A stretch of 60,124 bases of DNA, from positions 1-60,124 of the forward strand of contig JACPHC010000002.1 of assembly GCA_016188775.1 (NCBI GenBank), written 5' to 3'. How positions within the stretch are numbered: the stretch's first letter is position 1; every line of letters starts with the position of its first letter. The stretch comes from Parcubacteria group bacterium (GTDB lineage: Bacteria > Patescibacteriota > Minisyncoccia > JACPHC01). The position numbers and the translations under genes are program-made. This document shows positions 1 through 9,718 of the stretch, in pieces. The notes below the pieces were generated by a model. It saw nothing but the letters and a program-made list of their open reading frames with translations, searched no databases and was not told the origin of the DNA.

Positions 1-2
1 AA

Positions 3-284
3 GACCAAACGCTCTTTCTTAAGCCAGAGGAATGGTTTATTCCAATCAAAAATGACTACCCTGCGCTTGGAGCAAAATATCAAAGGTTAGAACTCTCGAA
101 AACACCGATGAATAAAGCAAAAACAGAAGCTCTCGCCTCTGATCGTGCACACTGGCTCGCCCTGCTTAATGACTTTCGAACCTTTGATTGGGCGGAAGAA
201 TACAAATATCCCACCGTCATCTTAGCACAAATGAACCAACTGCTCGCCGAGTGCCGAGACGATCAACCCGCCGTTGCCCCGTAA
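3..284 (+). CDS. 3' end of a large serine recombinase paralog (5' part lies outside the window)
   Basis: Open frame from window edge to TAA at 282-284. The tail ...TPMNKAKTEALASDRAHWLALLNDFRTFDWAEEYKYPTVILAQMNQLL aligns by eye with the C-terminus of the complete recombinase at 12385-14079 (...KPANKEKSAAFRDTHPIWLPQWDDFRTLGWTEQIPYPEFTMKQTQELL). Confidence 0.55.
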   Translation, partial: DQTLFLKPEEWFIPIKNDYPALGAKYQRLELSKTPMNKAKTEALASDRAHWLALLNDFRTFDWAEEYKYPTVILAQMNQLLAECRDDQPAVAP

Positions 285-368
285 ATGCCCCCGTGGCGAG
301 CGATTGCCCCCGGATCAGAGCTTTGTACCCCTTTGTGTCGAACTAACCCGAATTTGACGAGCTGTAGC

Positions 369-395
369 AAAAAACTCCCAGCGTGGGAGTTTTTT
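369..395 (+). terminator. Hairpin plus T-run downstream of the recombinase fragment
   Basis: AAAAAACTCCCA-gcg-TGGGAGTTTTTT; the stem is flanked by an A-run and a T-run, so it could act in both directions. Confidence 0.5.
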
Positions 396-667
396 GCGGG
401 AACAGCGAGCGGAAGAAAATAATCTCTCTTGCGCCCCTCGACCCTCGGCCGAGCTCTCGGTACACCCGTAAGCCAGAATTGTTTTTAACCGCACCCTTCG
501 CCCTTTCGAGCGAATCCACCGCACAAAGGCGGATGGCGGACTTATTGCGCAACCCTGTTATGAGCAAAAACCCATAAATACCGATTCTCACTATTCCAAT
601 AACACTATATCAATTTTCTCAAACAAAGAAAATCACACAAGAATCGCGCAGAAAATCACGCAAAGAA

Positions 668-961
668 TTACTCCTTTTTATTTTCCTCAGCGTGAGCCGT
701 GATCTCAATATTGCAACTCTTATGTTCCCGACACCACACCTCACATTTCTCGGCCCATTCCTTATCGGTATAGTGAAAACCGCACTCCGGGCACTGATAT
801 AGTTTTTGATTTTTTTCAGAATCAAAAATCTTCGCCACTTCCTCATTAGTGATTTTTGAACCCGAAAGCCGCACGGACGCCCCCGTGCTTTCAATCAGTG
901 TTTTTCTTTTCTGTTCTTCCCAAAACTCGGAAGAATTATTTTTCCCTTTCTTTTGAGGCAT
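668..961 (-). CDS. Small zinc-ribbon protein
   Basis: Two Cys pairs, CPECG...CEVWC. The ATG at 961 lies one nt after the stop of the upstream ORF. The longer 113-aa ORF call would overlap that gene. Confidence 0.5.
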   Translation of the reverse strand: MPQKKGKNNSSEFWEEQKRKTLIESTGASVRLSGSKITNEEVAKIFDSEKNQKLYQCPECGFHYTDKEWAEKCEVWCREHKSCNIEITAHAEENKKE

Positions 962-962
962 G

Positions 963-1334
963 TTATTTGTAGTAGCGCTTGATTCTGTCTTTATCGCAAT
1001 CCGTATCATCTCGTTCTTTAAAATAAATCTCTACAAACTCGACCTTAGTGTTGTCTGGGAAATACGCATAAATAATTCTAATGCCACTGCGCGATCCACG
1101 GCCCTTAAGCGTCTTGCAAGAGAAATGTTTGACTTTATAAACCTCGGTTTCTATACCGAGGTTGCTGATTCTTACTATTCCGGGAGGACGCCAAAACAAA
1201 AACTTGCCCGTGCCGTTTTCTCGATAAGTCAAAACCCTCTCTTTAAAGAGGTCGAAATCTTCCTGAAGAGTTCTGTATTTTTTGAGCAATTGCTTGAACT
1301 CTTTATTAAACTCATCGAGATAACTAAATTCCAT
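963..1334 (-). CDS. RelE/HigB-like toxin-fold protein
   Basis: 123 aa. The ...GIRIIYAYFPDNTKVEFVEIYFK... pattern is typical of RelE/ParE-superfamily addiction toxins. It sits directly downstream of an antitoxin-like gene. Confidence 0.55.
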   Translation of the reverse strand: MEFSYLDEFNKEFKQLLKKYRTLQEDFDLFKERVLTYRENGTGKFLFWRPPGIVRISNLGIETEVYKVKHFSCKTLKGRGSRSGIRIIYAYFPDNTKVEFVEIYFKERDDTDCDKDRIKRYYK

Positions 1335-1347
1335 GTGATTGTCATTT

Positions 1348-2150
1348 TCAGAGTTCGTCTGAATAGGTTCTTACAGAATAAGCGGGAGTTCTATAAAATA
1401 CCAAATCGTAATTGATTACATCGCCGTCAGGCGTAACCTTCCACGGCGTATCATCGTGCGAGTAATCACTAATCTGCGTAGCGTTAAGATCAGACAATTG
1501 ATCGATAACCTTATCCAACACCTCTTTCTCGCTGGCCTGAAGTTTCGTTAAATCCGCCTTAGTAAGTGGCAAATACCTTTTTTGTCTCTTGCCGAAATAA
1601 TCTATGGTGTCTTTTTTGAGTTCTCCTTTTTCTACCATTTCTTCAGCAATTTTAGTAAATTCCTTTCCTGCGGCGCGGGGCCAAAGGGAATTTTTCTGTA
1701 AGTTGCTCCGGTAAGTTGCTCCTCGTATACCTCAAAGAAGTTAAAGTCGGCGAAGTAAAGAAGTTTATAAAGAACAGTTTCTCCAACATTAGGTTTTGCG
1801 CCACATTTCTCAAGAATATACAACACGATATTCTTGAATTTATCTTTATTGAATTGAGGAATAGAAATCCTAACATCTGATCCTTTCGCAGATTTCTTAA
1901 GCTCGCTTTGTTCCTCTTTATATTTTTTAAGTTCGACCCCCTGATCCAACAGCGTATCAGTAGCAATATCAAAAACTTTAGCAATGTTTGCTAACTCGAT
2001 ACTACTGACATCTCGCACGCCGGCTTCGATTTGCGATATAGCCGGGCGCGGTACCTTTATTTTTTGGGCTAACTCTTCTTGAGAGTAACCGAAATCCTCG
2101 CGAAGCTCTTTAATGCGCTCGCCTAATTTTTTTCGCGTAATAGTAGCCAT
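1348..2150 (-). pseudogene. XRE-HTH + Panacea (DUF4065/SocA-like) antitoxin-type gene split by a frameshift
   Basis: N-terminal HTH: LGERIKELREDFGYSQEELAQKIKVPRPAISQIEAG. The Panacea-like core LYKLLYFADF...YRKIPFGP breaks at about 1660-1685 in a G/C run. The domain continues in another frame (AGKEFTKIAEEMVEKGEL...SDYSHDDTPW) as ORF 1348-1638. Confidence 0.55.
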
Positions 2151-2261
2151 ATAATTTGACCTTTTTAGATATCCTGCTTGTCCGCCGACCTTAGTCGGAC
2201 AAGTTATCCACACTTGCAGTATAGCATAATGTCAGAAAAATATACAAGTGTGTAAGAAAAG

Positions 2262-2290
2262 TTGACATATCCATAATAGTGCCCTAAAAT
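2262..2290 (+). promoter_or_regulatory. Sigma70-like promoter for the 2331 gene
   Basis: TTGACA (2262-2267), 17-nt spacer, TAAAAT (2285-2290). Confidence 0.4.
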
Positions 2291-2330
2291 GAAGCTGAAA
2301 TTAAAGGTCGATTTTTAAGCAATAAACAAG

Positions 2331-2588
2331 ATGAAAATGACTATGACTAAACTGCGAAAATTTACTTTGGAGTTCAACGAAAGAAAGGACAGATGGGCTC
2401 TTGAGAATGACAAAACCAATAGAACCATCAAAACCTTCACTACCAAGGAAAAGGCAACTGCTGGGGGTGTATTAAAAAGGGCACTAGGAGAGGATGGCGG
2501 ATCGGTAAAGATTCAAAAGCTCAATGGAAGATTCCAGGAAGAGCGCACATTCCCCCGTAGCAAAGACCCTAAAGAATCAAAAGGATAG
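2331..2588 (+). CDS. DUF2188-like small protein
   Basis: 85 aa. W-ALEND...TKEKA...GGSVKIQKLNGRFQEERTF resembles the DUF2188 pattern. Confidence 0.5.
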   Translation: MKMTMTKLRKFTLEFNERKDRWALENDKTNRTIKTFTTKEKATAGGVLKRALGEDGGSVKIQKLNGRFQEERTFPRSKDPKESKG

Positions 2589-2624
2589 GAGATTAAAAAG
2601 CGGAGAGCGCGTCCTTTCCATTTT

Positions 2625-5126
2625 TTAATCTTCTAAATCCGCCTCAAGCGATGACTTAAACTTTGAATAAGTTTTGTCTTTCAACGACTCAAAAAAGAGA
2701 TCGTAATCGCTTGGCGAAATAAATTTGAAGTAATAATGGTTCTTCTTCTGCAGTTCGTTTAGCTTCTCAAAATGCTCGCGAGCGTATTTTAGCTTGGCCT
2801 TGTTTTCATCGGTTACATCATCGTCCATCTTTAGTTCAAGCACGATAATATCTTTGCCGATCTTGAGAAATACATCTGGATTGAATTTGGCGATCTTCCA
2901 GTGCTCGCCTTTACGCCAAGCGTACTCAATTGAATAAAAACCAACATCGCGCGACTTAAGCCATGAATCAATTAATTTCGCGTTATTCTCGGCAACAAGC
3001 TTTTTAATAAATTTCCGTTCCGGATCCGAACTTGAAAATACGCAATTGACCGGCGTTCTAAAGAAATGAACATTAGCAACCTTCACAAGCGACGAGCTGG
3101 TAAGCTGACCATCATCAAACATTTCTTCTAATTCTTTTAACATCTTTTTATCTTCGTCCGCACTTAGCTTAAAAGAATAGTCATCGTAAAAGAGCGTCCC
3201 GTTGCGCTTGAATGCGCCAATGCCAAGAGCAGTTTTCTTAATATCCTCGGTTTTCAACTCAACGAGGTCTTCGGCCTTGATGCGATACCGTAATGATTTT
3301 GCGCTCCGTCGTTTGATAACATCAAAAGATCTCAATGCCTTCTGTTTATTTTCCTCGCTGATCTGGTCTTTATTTTCTCCGATTTTCTTTAGCGACGCTT
3401 CAAGAATTTTCTTAATTTCAGCAAGCGAATATTTTTTGGCATAACTCGTGCCCTCATCCATATCAAACACGCGGAGTTTGTTATAAATTTCCTGCGCTAC
3501 TTCTGCAATAGAAAACATCTTGTAGTGAATCGTTGCTTTGCGTCTACCCCGTTCACCGCTAATCACCCTCTCAAAAGTAGTTTCTTTTTCTAACGATGTT
3601 TTCTGGGAAGAAAATGCTATATATCCCTTCTTGAGTAGTTCATATTCCTTCTCCTGCTTATAAGTAGTTTCCTCGGGTGTTTTCTCATAAGCGATATTGT
3701 AAAGCGAGAAATTATAGTCCTCTTTTTTCGGCACGATATAGCTTCCAACTTTCCGCTCAATTTCCAAAACCTCTTGCACTAAGTGCTTGATGCCGGCAGA
3801 CCACTTGTCGTGATTAAAAACGGTGACTACTGGCTGTTCACCTTTGTAGGGCCTCGGAATACGCAGGCCCCGGCCCAATACCTGAGCGATAAGAAGTTTA
3901 GAATTAAAGGCCCGCTCCTCGTGAGGTACAATCTGAAATACATTCTCAACATCCCAACCTTCCGAAAGCATGCTAACGGAGGTGATAAACTCAACGGGGT
4001 TTCTTTTCTCATCCACATGAGGAAGTTTCTGTTTTACATTATCCTCGTGTTTAGGAGAAGAAGTGACAATAAGAATTTTTTCTTCAGCCGCTTTTTTGCT
4101 GATCTTTCGAGCTTCGGACAAGAAACTAATCCACTTATCGGTAAATTTTTCACAACCATCAATTTTTTGCGTGATGATGATTGTAAGCGGTTTAACTTTT
4201 TTGTATTTCTTTCTTGCCTCCTCGTGGTTATTTAAAATCCATTGAAATTTTTCGCGCTCATTTTTAGGAACACCCTCAACCGCGTAATCAATTGTCTTAA
4301 TAAAACGCTCGTCAATGGCTTCACGAATCGTGTATTGATAAACCACATCGTTGAAATAGTCATTCCCGACATAAGCGGTCCCGGTAACACCGACCACATA
4401 ATGAAAGCTGTATTTCGGATCGAGCAAAAATTCTTTCCATTTCTTCAGCGCTTTATCGGTAGGGCTATAAATGTGGTGCGCCTCATCGTTCAATACAAGA
4501 GTTCGCGTACCTTTACCTTTCAAGCTATCTTCGATAGCCGATTTCGTAGTGGCATAAGTAGCGTGGATATTTTCAATAGCGATGTCGCCTTTCTGAATTG
4601 TTTGTGTTGCATGGATAATCCGAGGGTTTTTTATTTCCGCCTCTTTTGGCAAAAGCTTCCTCAAGTCCGCATCTCCAGAAAGACGCTTAAATTTATCGGC
4701 TAGTCCGCGCTCAATGGTATTTGAAGGGCAAAGAACCAATGCCTGATCTATCGCGCCCTCCGCAAGCATTATCCGAGCAATACCATACATCACGAAGCTC
4801 TTGCCGGTAGCCGTTGCTAAATCCAGCGAGCAAGAAAGATGATCCGGCAGTTGAAGCTGTTTCTCAAAATCGCTGAAAGTTGAATATTTATCCTGCAAGA
4901 ACTGACTTTGCTTGTAATTTTCCTCGGCCAGCTCGCGGAGATTCTTGTGTTGCTGGCCAAGAAGATAGCGCAGGGTTTCTCGGATCGCATCTTTTTGGTA
5001 TTCCCGATCACCGCAGAGTGCATCTAAAAACGCCTCATACTTTGAGATATCAAAAACCTTCGGGTTTACGCTTTTGGAAACCTTGAGGATTAAATCTTTA
5101 GTTTGGAAGTATTGTTTATCGAGCAT
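2625..5126 (-). CDS. res: Type III restriction enzyme Res subunit (SF2 helicase-nuclease)
   Basis: 833 aa. Walker A-like ATATGKSFVM, DEAH-like LNDEAHH and helicase motif VTGTA. It lies 1 nt downstream of the mod gene. Confidence 0.8.
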   Translation of the reverse strand: MLDKQYFQTKDLILKVSKSVNPKVFDISKYEAFLDALCGDREYQKDAIRETLRYLLGQQHKNLRELAEENYKQSQFLQDKYSTFSDFEKQLQLPDHLSCSLDLATATGKSFVMYGIARIMLAEGAIDQALVLCPSNTIERGLADKFKRLSGDADLRKLLPKEAEIKNPRIIHATQTIQKGDIAIENIHATYATTKSAIEDSLKGKGTRTLVLNDEAHHIYSPTDKALKKWKEFLLDPKYSFHYVVGVTGTAYVGNDYFNDVVYQYTIREAIDERFIKTIDYAVEGVPKNEREKFQWILNNHEEARKKYKKVKPLTIIITQKIDGCEKFTDKWISFLSEARKISKKAAEEKILIVTSSPKHEDNVKQKLPHVDEKRNPVEFITSVSMLSEGWDVENVFQIVPHEERAFNSKLLIAQVLGRGLRIPRPYKGEQPVVTVFNHDKWSAGIKHLVQEVLEIERKVGSYIVPKKEDYNFSLYNIAYEKTPEETTYKQEKEYELLKKGYIAFSSQKTSLEKETTFERVISGERGRRKATIHYKMFSIAEVAQEIYNKLRVFDMDEGTSYAKKYSLAEIKKILEASLKKIGENKDQISEENKQKALRSFDVIKRRSAKSLRYRIKAEDLVELKTEDIKKTALGIGAFKRNGTLFYDDYSFKLSADEDKKMLKELEEMFDDGQLTSSSLVKVANVHFFRTPVNCVFSSSDPERKFIKKLVAENNAKLIDSWLKSRDVGFYSIEYAWRKGEHWKIAKFNPDVFLKIGKDIIVLELKMDDDVTDENKAKLKYAREHFEKLNELQKKNHYYFKFISPSDYDLFFESLKDKTYSKFKSSLEADLED

Positions 5127-5127
5127 A

Positions 5128-7041
5128 TTATTTGAAATCCTTCAGCGTTTTAACCTCGCGCTTTTCGTTACCGAAAATATCCATATAAATAATCATCATT
5201 TGTTTCTCCACTTTCTTGGGATCAAAGCGGATCTCAAAGCCGTCTTTTTCAAGAGATTCCGCGAACCAATATTGGTCAATATCAAACACCTCGCCATTGA
5301 AGTTATAATCCACCATCACCATTGAAAGCGTCTCAAGATTCTTAAACTCAATCGGTTTGCGGGAAAGCACATTGCTCTTGAATTTCTTGATTTTGATTAC
5401 CGCTTCCTTGTCGCCGTCAAAAAGCGTCTTTTTATCGGCTTTTCGAATTTTGTATTCACACTCAACATCCGGCGTTTGAATAAAATCAAATCCGACGGCA
5501 TCCACCACATCATTCACATCCGCTTCCGACACCGGCTGTTTAATCGCTTCAAAACCGTGCTCATGAATTTCTTCAATAATGGAATATGGAATCCGCAAAA
5601 GATAGTATTTCGTGTTGTCTTTTTCAATATAATCCTCAAGGAAAACCACGGTTGATGCCGGCGCAATGATAAAGAATTTTTGGCCGACTTTTTTGCCGAG
5701 CGTTTTATGCAGATCATCAATAAATCCGCGATCCAGAATTATCTCTCCGCCATCGTGCCACTGAAATACCAGCACATGATCCTCGCCAAGATAGCCGTTA
5801 AGCTTAACGCCTGATACCTTATGCTCTTCGTCTCGGCATTGGAAAAGCTTTAACGCAAAATCCCGATACTCATTCCACGGCAATTCTTTAATGAGCTTAT
5901 AGTCGTAAAGACCGGCGTTATACACGGTAAATGGTTTTGGAGTAATTGCTTTGCCTTTATTTCCAATTTCGGCTTTAAGGTTAAGCATCCGCTTTTGCGT
6001 TGTGTAAATTGAGAGCTTGCCACAATCTACTCCAATCCAACGCCTATTTAATTTTTCTGCTACCGAAAGGGTTGTCCCGGCACCTGCAAACACATCCAAT
6101 ACAATATCGTCTTCGTTAGAAGAAATTTTAACTATCCGCTCAAGTAATGATTCTGGTTTCTGGGTGGGATAATTTATTCTTTCCGCAGACGAGGTATTTA
6201 ACTGCAAACCGTCATCATCCCACAATGAAGTAATCGGTGATCCAGGATTTTCATCGAGATATTTTTTGGTAGTTTTCTTTTCGTCTTTGTAGCCCCTGCC
6301 TCGTATTAAAGCGTATTTTCTTCCATCTTTGTCTGTATATTTATATTCTCCTTCAATATATTCTTCCGACATTGGTCTATATTGCTGGTTAAAAACAATA
6401 TTATCTGTTTTGGAATACCAAAAAATAGAATCTGTTTGTGTTGTTAATTTCTTGCTGGCTTGATTTTTAACACCCGAGTATTTCTTCCATACAATTTCAT
6501 TCCTGAAATTTTGCTCACCGAAAACCTCGTCCATCAAAACTCGAACATACGGCCCCTTTCTCCAATCCAAATGTACATAAATACTGCCGTCGTCAGCCAA
6601 AATTTCTCTGAGTAGAATAAGTCGTTTTCTTAGAAATTCCAAAAACTGCGCGCCGATTAATTTATCCTGATACGCTTTTTGCTCTTTTGAACCACGAAAT
6701 TCCTGCTTAGTCGCAAATGGCGGATCAATATAAATCAGTTTTACTTTCCCCTTAACTTCCGGGTCGTTATAAAGCGTTTTCAAAACTTGGAGATTGTCTC
6801 CGAAAATAAGTTTATTCACCCAGCCGTTTTCATGCCCGTCTTTTCCAAGTGTCTTTACCGGTTGAAGCGGAACCGCCATCGTCTCGGCGATAATATCTTC
6901 CTCGCGTTCTTTCCCGCCATAGACAAGCTCGTACTCCTTCTTAGATTCAAATAGAAGATTTTTATACTCCTCCGGCAGGGCCTGTCCTTTTCGGAGTAGC
7001 TCATTTATCTGCTCAAGTTGTAGCTTGGATAGTTTTTTCAT
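5128..7041 (-). CDS. mod: Type III DNA methyltransferase Mod subunit (beta-class N6A/N4C)
   Basis: 637 aa. Catalytic LIYIDPPF precedes the SAM motif VLDVFAGAGTT, which is the beta-class order. Confidence 0.8.
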   Translation of the reverse strand: MKKLSKLQLEQINELLRKGQALPEEYKNLLFESKKEYELVYGGKEREEDIIAETMAVPLQPVKTLGKDGHENGWVNKLIFGDNLQVLKTLYNDPEVKGKVKLIYIDPPFATKQEFRGSKEQKAYQDKLIGAQFLEFLRKRLILLREILADDGSIYVHLDWRKGPYVRVLMDEVFGEQNFRNEIVWKKYSGVKNQASKKLTTQTDSIFWYSKTDNIVFNQQYRPMSEEYIEGEYKYTDKDGRKYALIRGRGYKDEKKTTKKYLDENPGSPITSLWDDDGLQLNTSSAERINYPTQKPESLLERIVKISSNEDDIVLDVFAGAGTTLSVAEKLNRRWIGVDCGKLSIYTTQKRMLNLKAEIGNKGKAITPKPFTVYNAGLYDYKLIKELPWNEYRDFALKLFQCRDEEHKVSGVKLNGYLGEDHVLVFQWHDGGEIILDRGFIDDLHKTLGKKVGQKFFIIAPASTVVFLEDYIEKDNTKYYLLRIPYSIIEEIHEHGFEAIKQPVSEADVNDVVDAVGFDFIQTPDVECEYKIRKADKKTLFDGDKEAVIKIKKFKSNVLSRKPIEFKNLETLSMVMVDYNFNGEVFDIDQYWFAESLEKDGFEIRFDPKKVEKQMMIIYMDIFGNEKREVKTLKDFK

Positions 7042-7442
7042 AGATACGGTTCTTGCTTAAAAGTCATTCTTGCTGACTGCGGGTGATCCATCTCTGGTTT
7101 TACTAACACCGAACCAGCCTTGCAGTTAGGACAGTGATAATAAGCTGGATTACCTCCCGGGTGTAATCTAACTAAATTTTTATCCACATCCCAGCAACGC
7201 GAACAGAAAGGTCCGTCATTCTTACCGTCGGACTCAAGCCAATATGAATTTCGTTCATGCTTAAGATTGTCTTTGATTTTCAGCTTCTCTTTTAACTCGC
7301 GATTTTCATCACGCAATTTATTGCTTTCTTCCACGACCTCTAAGGCCTGCCCCTGCAAATCCAAAATCTTCTGGTAAAGCTCGATATTACCAGCTTGCTG
7401 AATTGTTTTGGCTACGGATTTTATGTCGTCAATAATGCTCAT
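7038..7442 (-). CDS. Coiled-coil plus zinc-ribbon protein, translationally coupled to mod
   Basis: 134 aa. CSRCW...HCPNCK follows a coiled-coil segment. ATGA overlaps occur at both gene ends. Confidence 0.5.
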   Translation of the reverse strand: MSIIDDIKSVAKTIQQAGNIELYQKILDLQGQALEVVEESNKLRDENRELKEKLKIKDNLKHERNSYWLESDGKNDGPFCSRCWDVDKNLVRLHPGGNPAYYHCPNCKAGSVLVKPEMDHPQSARMTFKQEPYL

Positions 7443-7633
7443 TTCTTTTTGCGCTTAAGATTGCTCGTCTTTTCCAAGAACTCGTCGAGATCGGATTGTT
7501 TAATACGCCACATCCCGATCTTGGATGCCTTAAGCTTGCCCTGCTCAATGTAGCGGACAATGGAGCGATAACTCACTCTCAAAATCTTAGCCGCTTCTTC
7601 TGCGGTTAAAAGTTTTTCAATTGGCTCGTTCAT
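7439..7633 (-). CDS. Excisionase/MerR-type HTH DNA-binding protein
   Basis: LLTAEEAAKILRVSYRSIVRYIEQGKLKASKIGMWRIKQSDLDEFL matches the HTH_17-like pattern. Confidence 0.65.
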   Translation of the reverse strand: MNEPIEKLLTAEEAAKILRVSYRSIVRYIEQGKLKASKIGMWRIKQSDLDEFLEKTSNLKRKKK

Positions 7634-7717
7634 AATTTAGTATGCTTATTTCCCATTGTACCGTCATAAAAATCTCTTGTCAAAAGTGGCGAAAATTGGC
7701 ACAATGGATTTAACACT

Positions 7718-8419
7718 ATGACAATGATTATGAATGATGATTTAGTAAAAATCAGGCGAGACGCTGGGAGAAAAATCGATTTTATCAACGACCTTATAAA
7801 GAGCATCGAGGTGGCCACCGAAGCGGACACGAGTTTTTATTCCAAGCGGCGTAAGCTTATTGTTAATTTCTTTCCTCTTAGTTCGTTGGAAGAGCAAAGA
7901 GGGTGGCTGAGAGAACTTAAGAAAAAGAAGATTATTAGTGGCTTTAAGGAGACAAAAGATTGTTTCTATGTAAGCCGGCCGTTTAAACTCCCGTTGTATG
8001 GAGAGCGTAAAAAATTATTAGAATTGCTTAATCCGCCGAAGAAAGCGGATGAGAATGCCTTCGAGCAGATTCCCGCGCGCCGGCACAAAAAGGACTTGCT
8101 GTATGTTAAAGATTTAAAGCCAGAGATTGAAATAAAAGATCTTGCCGGCTACTCCGATGGAACGATCCGATATAAAGGCGAAATGATTGAGATGCGAGGC
8201 CAGATAAAAGAGCTATGCCGTCTTTTCATGGATCATCCCAATAGATTACTTACGCGCGATGATATAAAAGACAACATCGTTCATGCGGATCGCAGAAAAT
8301 CTACGCCAAAAATTACCATAGCAAAGTATGTAAGCGAGCTCCATAAGCTCCTCAAAATTCATTTCAAAAAAGATGTAATTTTCAATCAAAAGCAGGAAGG
8401 ATGGTATTTTAAGCCGTAA
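7718..8419 (+). CDS. Hypothetical protein with C-terminal winged-helix (OmpR/PhoB-like) DNA-binding domain
   Basis: The C-terminus LLTRDDIKDNIVH...STPKITIAKYVSELHKLL...QKQEGWYFKP resembles Trans_reg_C. Confidence 0.4.
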   Translation: MTMIMNDDLVKIRRDAGRKIDFINDLIKSIEVATEADTSFYSKRRKLIVNFFPLSSLEEQRGWLRELKKKKIISGFKETKDCFYVSRPFKLPLYGERKKLLELLNPPKKADENAFEQIPARRHKKDLLYVKDLKPEIEIKDLAGYSDGTIRYKGEMIEMRGQIKELCRLFMDHPNRLLTRDDIKDNIVHADRRKSTPKITIAKYVSELHKLLKIHFKKDVIFNQKQEGWYFKP

Positions 8420-8521
8420 AAATCAATTCATAACTGAAAATTGAATGAACGCACTCCTCTAACATGGGAGTGTGTTTTGTTTTGGGTGAGGCCCCGAAAC
8501 GAAACATCGGTTTATTGAATA

Positions 8522-8782
8522 ATGACGATGAAAACAACTGAACAAACCGAAGTTTATAAATCCGCCGATTTAGCATTGGTGGCGGTGCTTTTGTTATTTA
8601 TTCCCGATTCGCTTGAGGTCTGCGATCGGACAAATCCGCATAAAGTCCTATTCGCGTTCAAGAAAAGCGACGAGCTGGATGAGCTTGTCGCCAAGTATTG
8701 GAAGCGCGAACTCAAGGTCGAGCCACAAGCATTTTTCAACGAGCTTAAACTCGCCAAGGTTAGGATTTATGCCCATGAATAG
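8522..8782 (+). CDS. DUF5659-like small protein
   Basis: 86 aa. YKSADLALVAVLL...NPHKVLFAFKKSDELDELV pattern. Confidence 0.4.
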   Translation: MTMKTTEQTEVYKSADLALVAVLLLFIPDSLEVCDRTNPHKVLFAFKKSDELDELVAKYWKRELKVEPQAFFNELKLAKVRIYAHE

Positions 8783-8784
8783 CT

Positions 8785-8952
8785 GTGAACTTAAAACCCG
8801 AAACGCTGGAGAAGCTCCGCGTCATTCTCAAAGAGGATTTTGGCGAAGAGGTCAATGATCAGGACTTGCACGATATTGCGTTTTGCCTCGTGGGCTTTTA
8901 CGACACGCTTATGCAGTGCTATTGCGAAGATTTAATCGCCGACCAGCAATAA
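8785..8952 (+). CDS. Possible 55-aa GTG-start ORF
   Basis: VNLKPETLEKLRVILKEDFGEEVNDQDLHDIAFCLVGFYDTLMQCYCEDLIADQQ fills the gap between two genes. The competing 81-aa ORF at 8613-8858 overlaps the preceding gene. Confidence 0.3.
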   Translation: MNLKPETLEKLRVILKEDFGEEVNDQDLHDIAFCLVGFYDTLMQCYCEDLIADQQ

Positions 8953-8956
8953 AAAC

Positions 8957-9715
8957 ATGGAGAAGCAATTCAAAGTTAGAGATCTCCGCAAAAAGGAGCA
9001 ATTCATTATAGATGACTCGTATTTGAACGGATATGCCAAAATCTTCGGGCCCGGCGGAACGGCGGTCTATCTCTCGCTCTGCCGGCGAGCCAATAAAGAG
9101 CAGTTTTGTTTCCCGTCAGAAAAAACGATCGCCGAAGATCACAACATCACCGATAGAACCGCCCGCACGCACATCAAGCGACTCATTGACGCCCGCATCT
9201 TAAGAGTCGAGCGCGAGCGAAGCAAATCCGGCAAGTGGCTTCACAATGTCTATTACTTGCTCGATAAATCCGAATGGAAAACACCAGAGGAAATATTTTC
9301 CTCTGGCTACCAAAGGAAATTAAAAACAAAGCCAACGGAAAATAACGGCACGAACCAGAGGAAACAGATTCCGCTTAAGGAGACATATGTTAAGGATGCA
9401 CATGATAAGGGTTCTGCATCGCCTTCGGCGAATGCGGATGTTCCTATGGATTTAAAGGAATTCGTTGAATGGTGCAATCAGAGTCCGCAACGCCATATCC
9501 AGATCATCGGTATTTGGGCTGATACCGAAGAACCGAATTTTACCACCAAAAAACAATGGGAAGCATTTATCAAAAGAAATTTAAGAGCCGCTAAAGACCT
9601 CATGCCATTTGAGGACGAGCGGCTGAAACAGGGCTATAAGCGAATGCGGGAAGCGGTCAAAGAAGGATGGCTCAAAAAATACAGCCTTGAGACACTTCTT
9701 AAATTTATTGTCTAA
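8957..9715 (+). CDS. Winged-helix protein, replication-initiator/DnaD-like N-terminus
   Basis: ...AVYLSLCRRANKEQFCFPSEKTIAEDHNITDRTARTHIKRLIDARIL.... Confidence 0.45.
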   Translation: MEKQFKVRDLRKKEQFIIDDSYLNGYAKIFGPGGTAVYLSLCRRANKEQFCFPSEKTIAEDHNITDRTARTHIKRLIDARILRVERERSKSGKWLHNVYYLLDKSEWKTPEEIFSSGYQRKLKTKPTENNGTNQRKQIPLKETYVKDAHDKGSASPSANADVPMDLKEFVEWCNQSPQRHIQIIGIWADTEEPNFTTKKQWEAFIKRNLRAAKDLMPFEDERLKQGYKRMREAVKEGWLKKYSLETLLKFIV

Positions 9716-9718
9716 ACC

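Noticed and set aside
315-591. Missing rpoD region 4.2 hidden in the GC-rich stretch after the first recombinase (minus-strand peptide ...EFFATARQIRVSSTQRGTKL*)
   Set aside because: Only about 7 of 20 scattered identities to EFGVTRERIRQIEAKALRKL. No HTH pattern is present. The other two frames show nothing better. Treated as noise.
2625-7041. Antisense or alternative-frame ORFs inside the large res, mod, clpB, HK and helicase genes (e.g. 3783-4235, 4242-4703, 51674-52043, 26069-26512)
   Set aside because: They are fully nested in strongly supported long CDSs. Their translations are low-complexity (Phe/Ile/Ser/Lys-rich), typical of AT-rich antisense frames.
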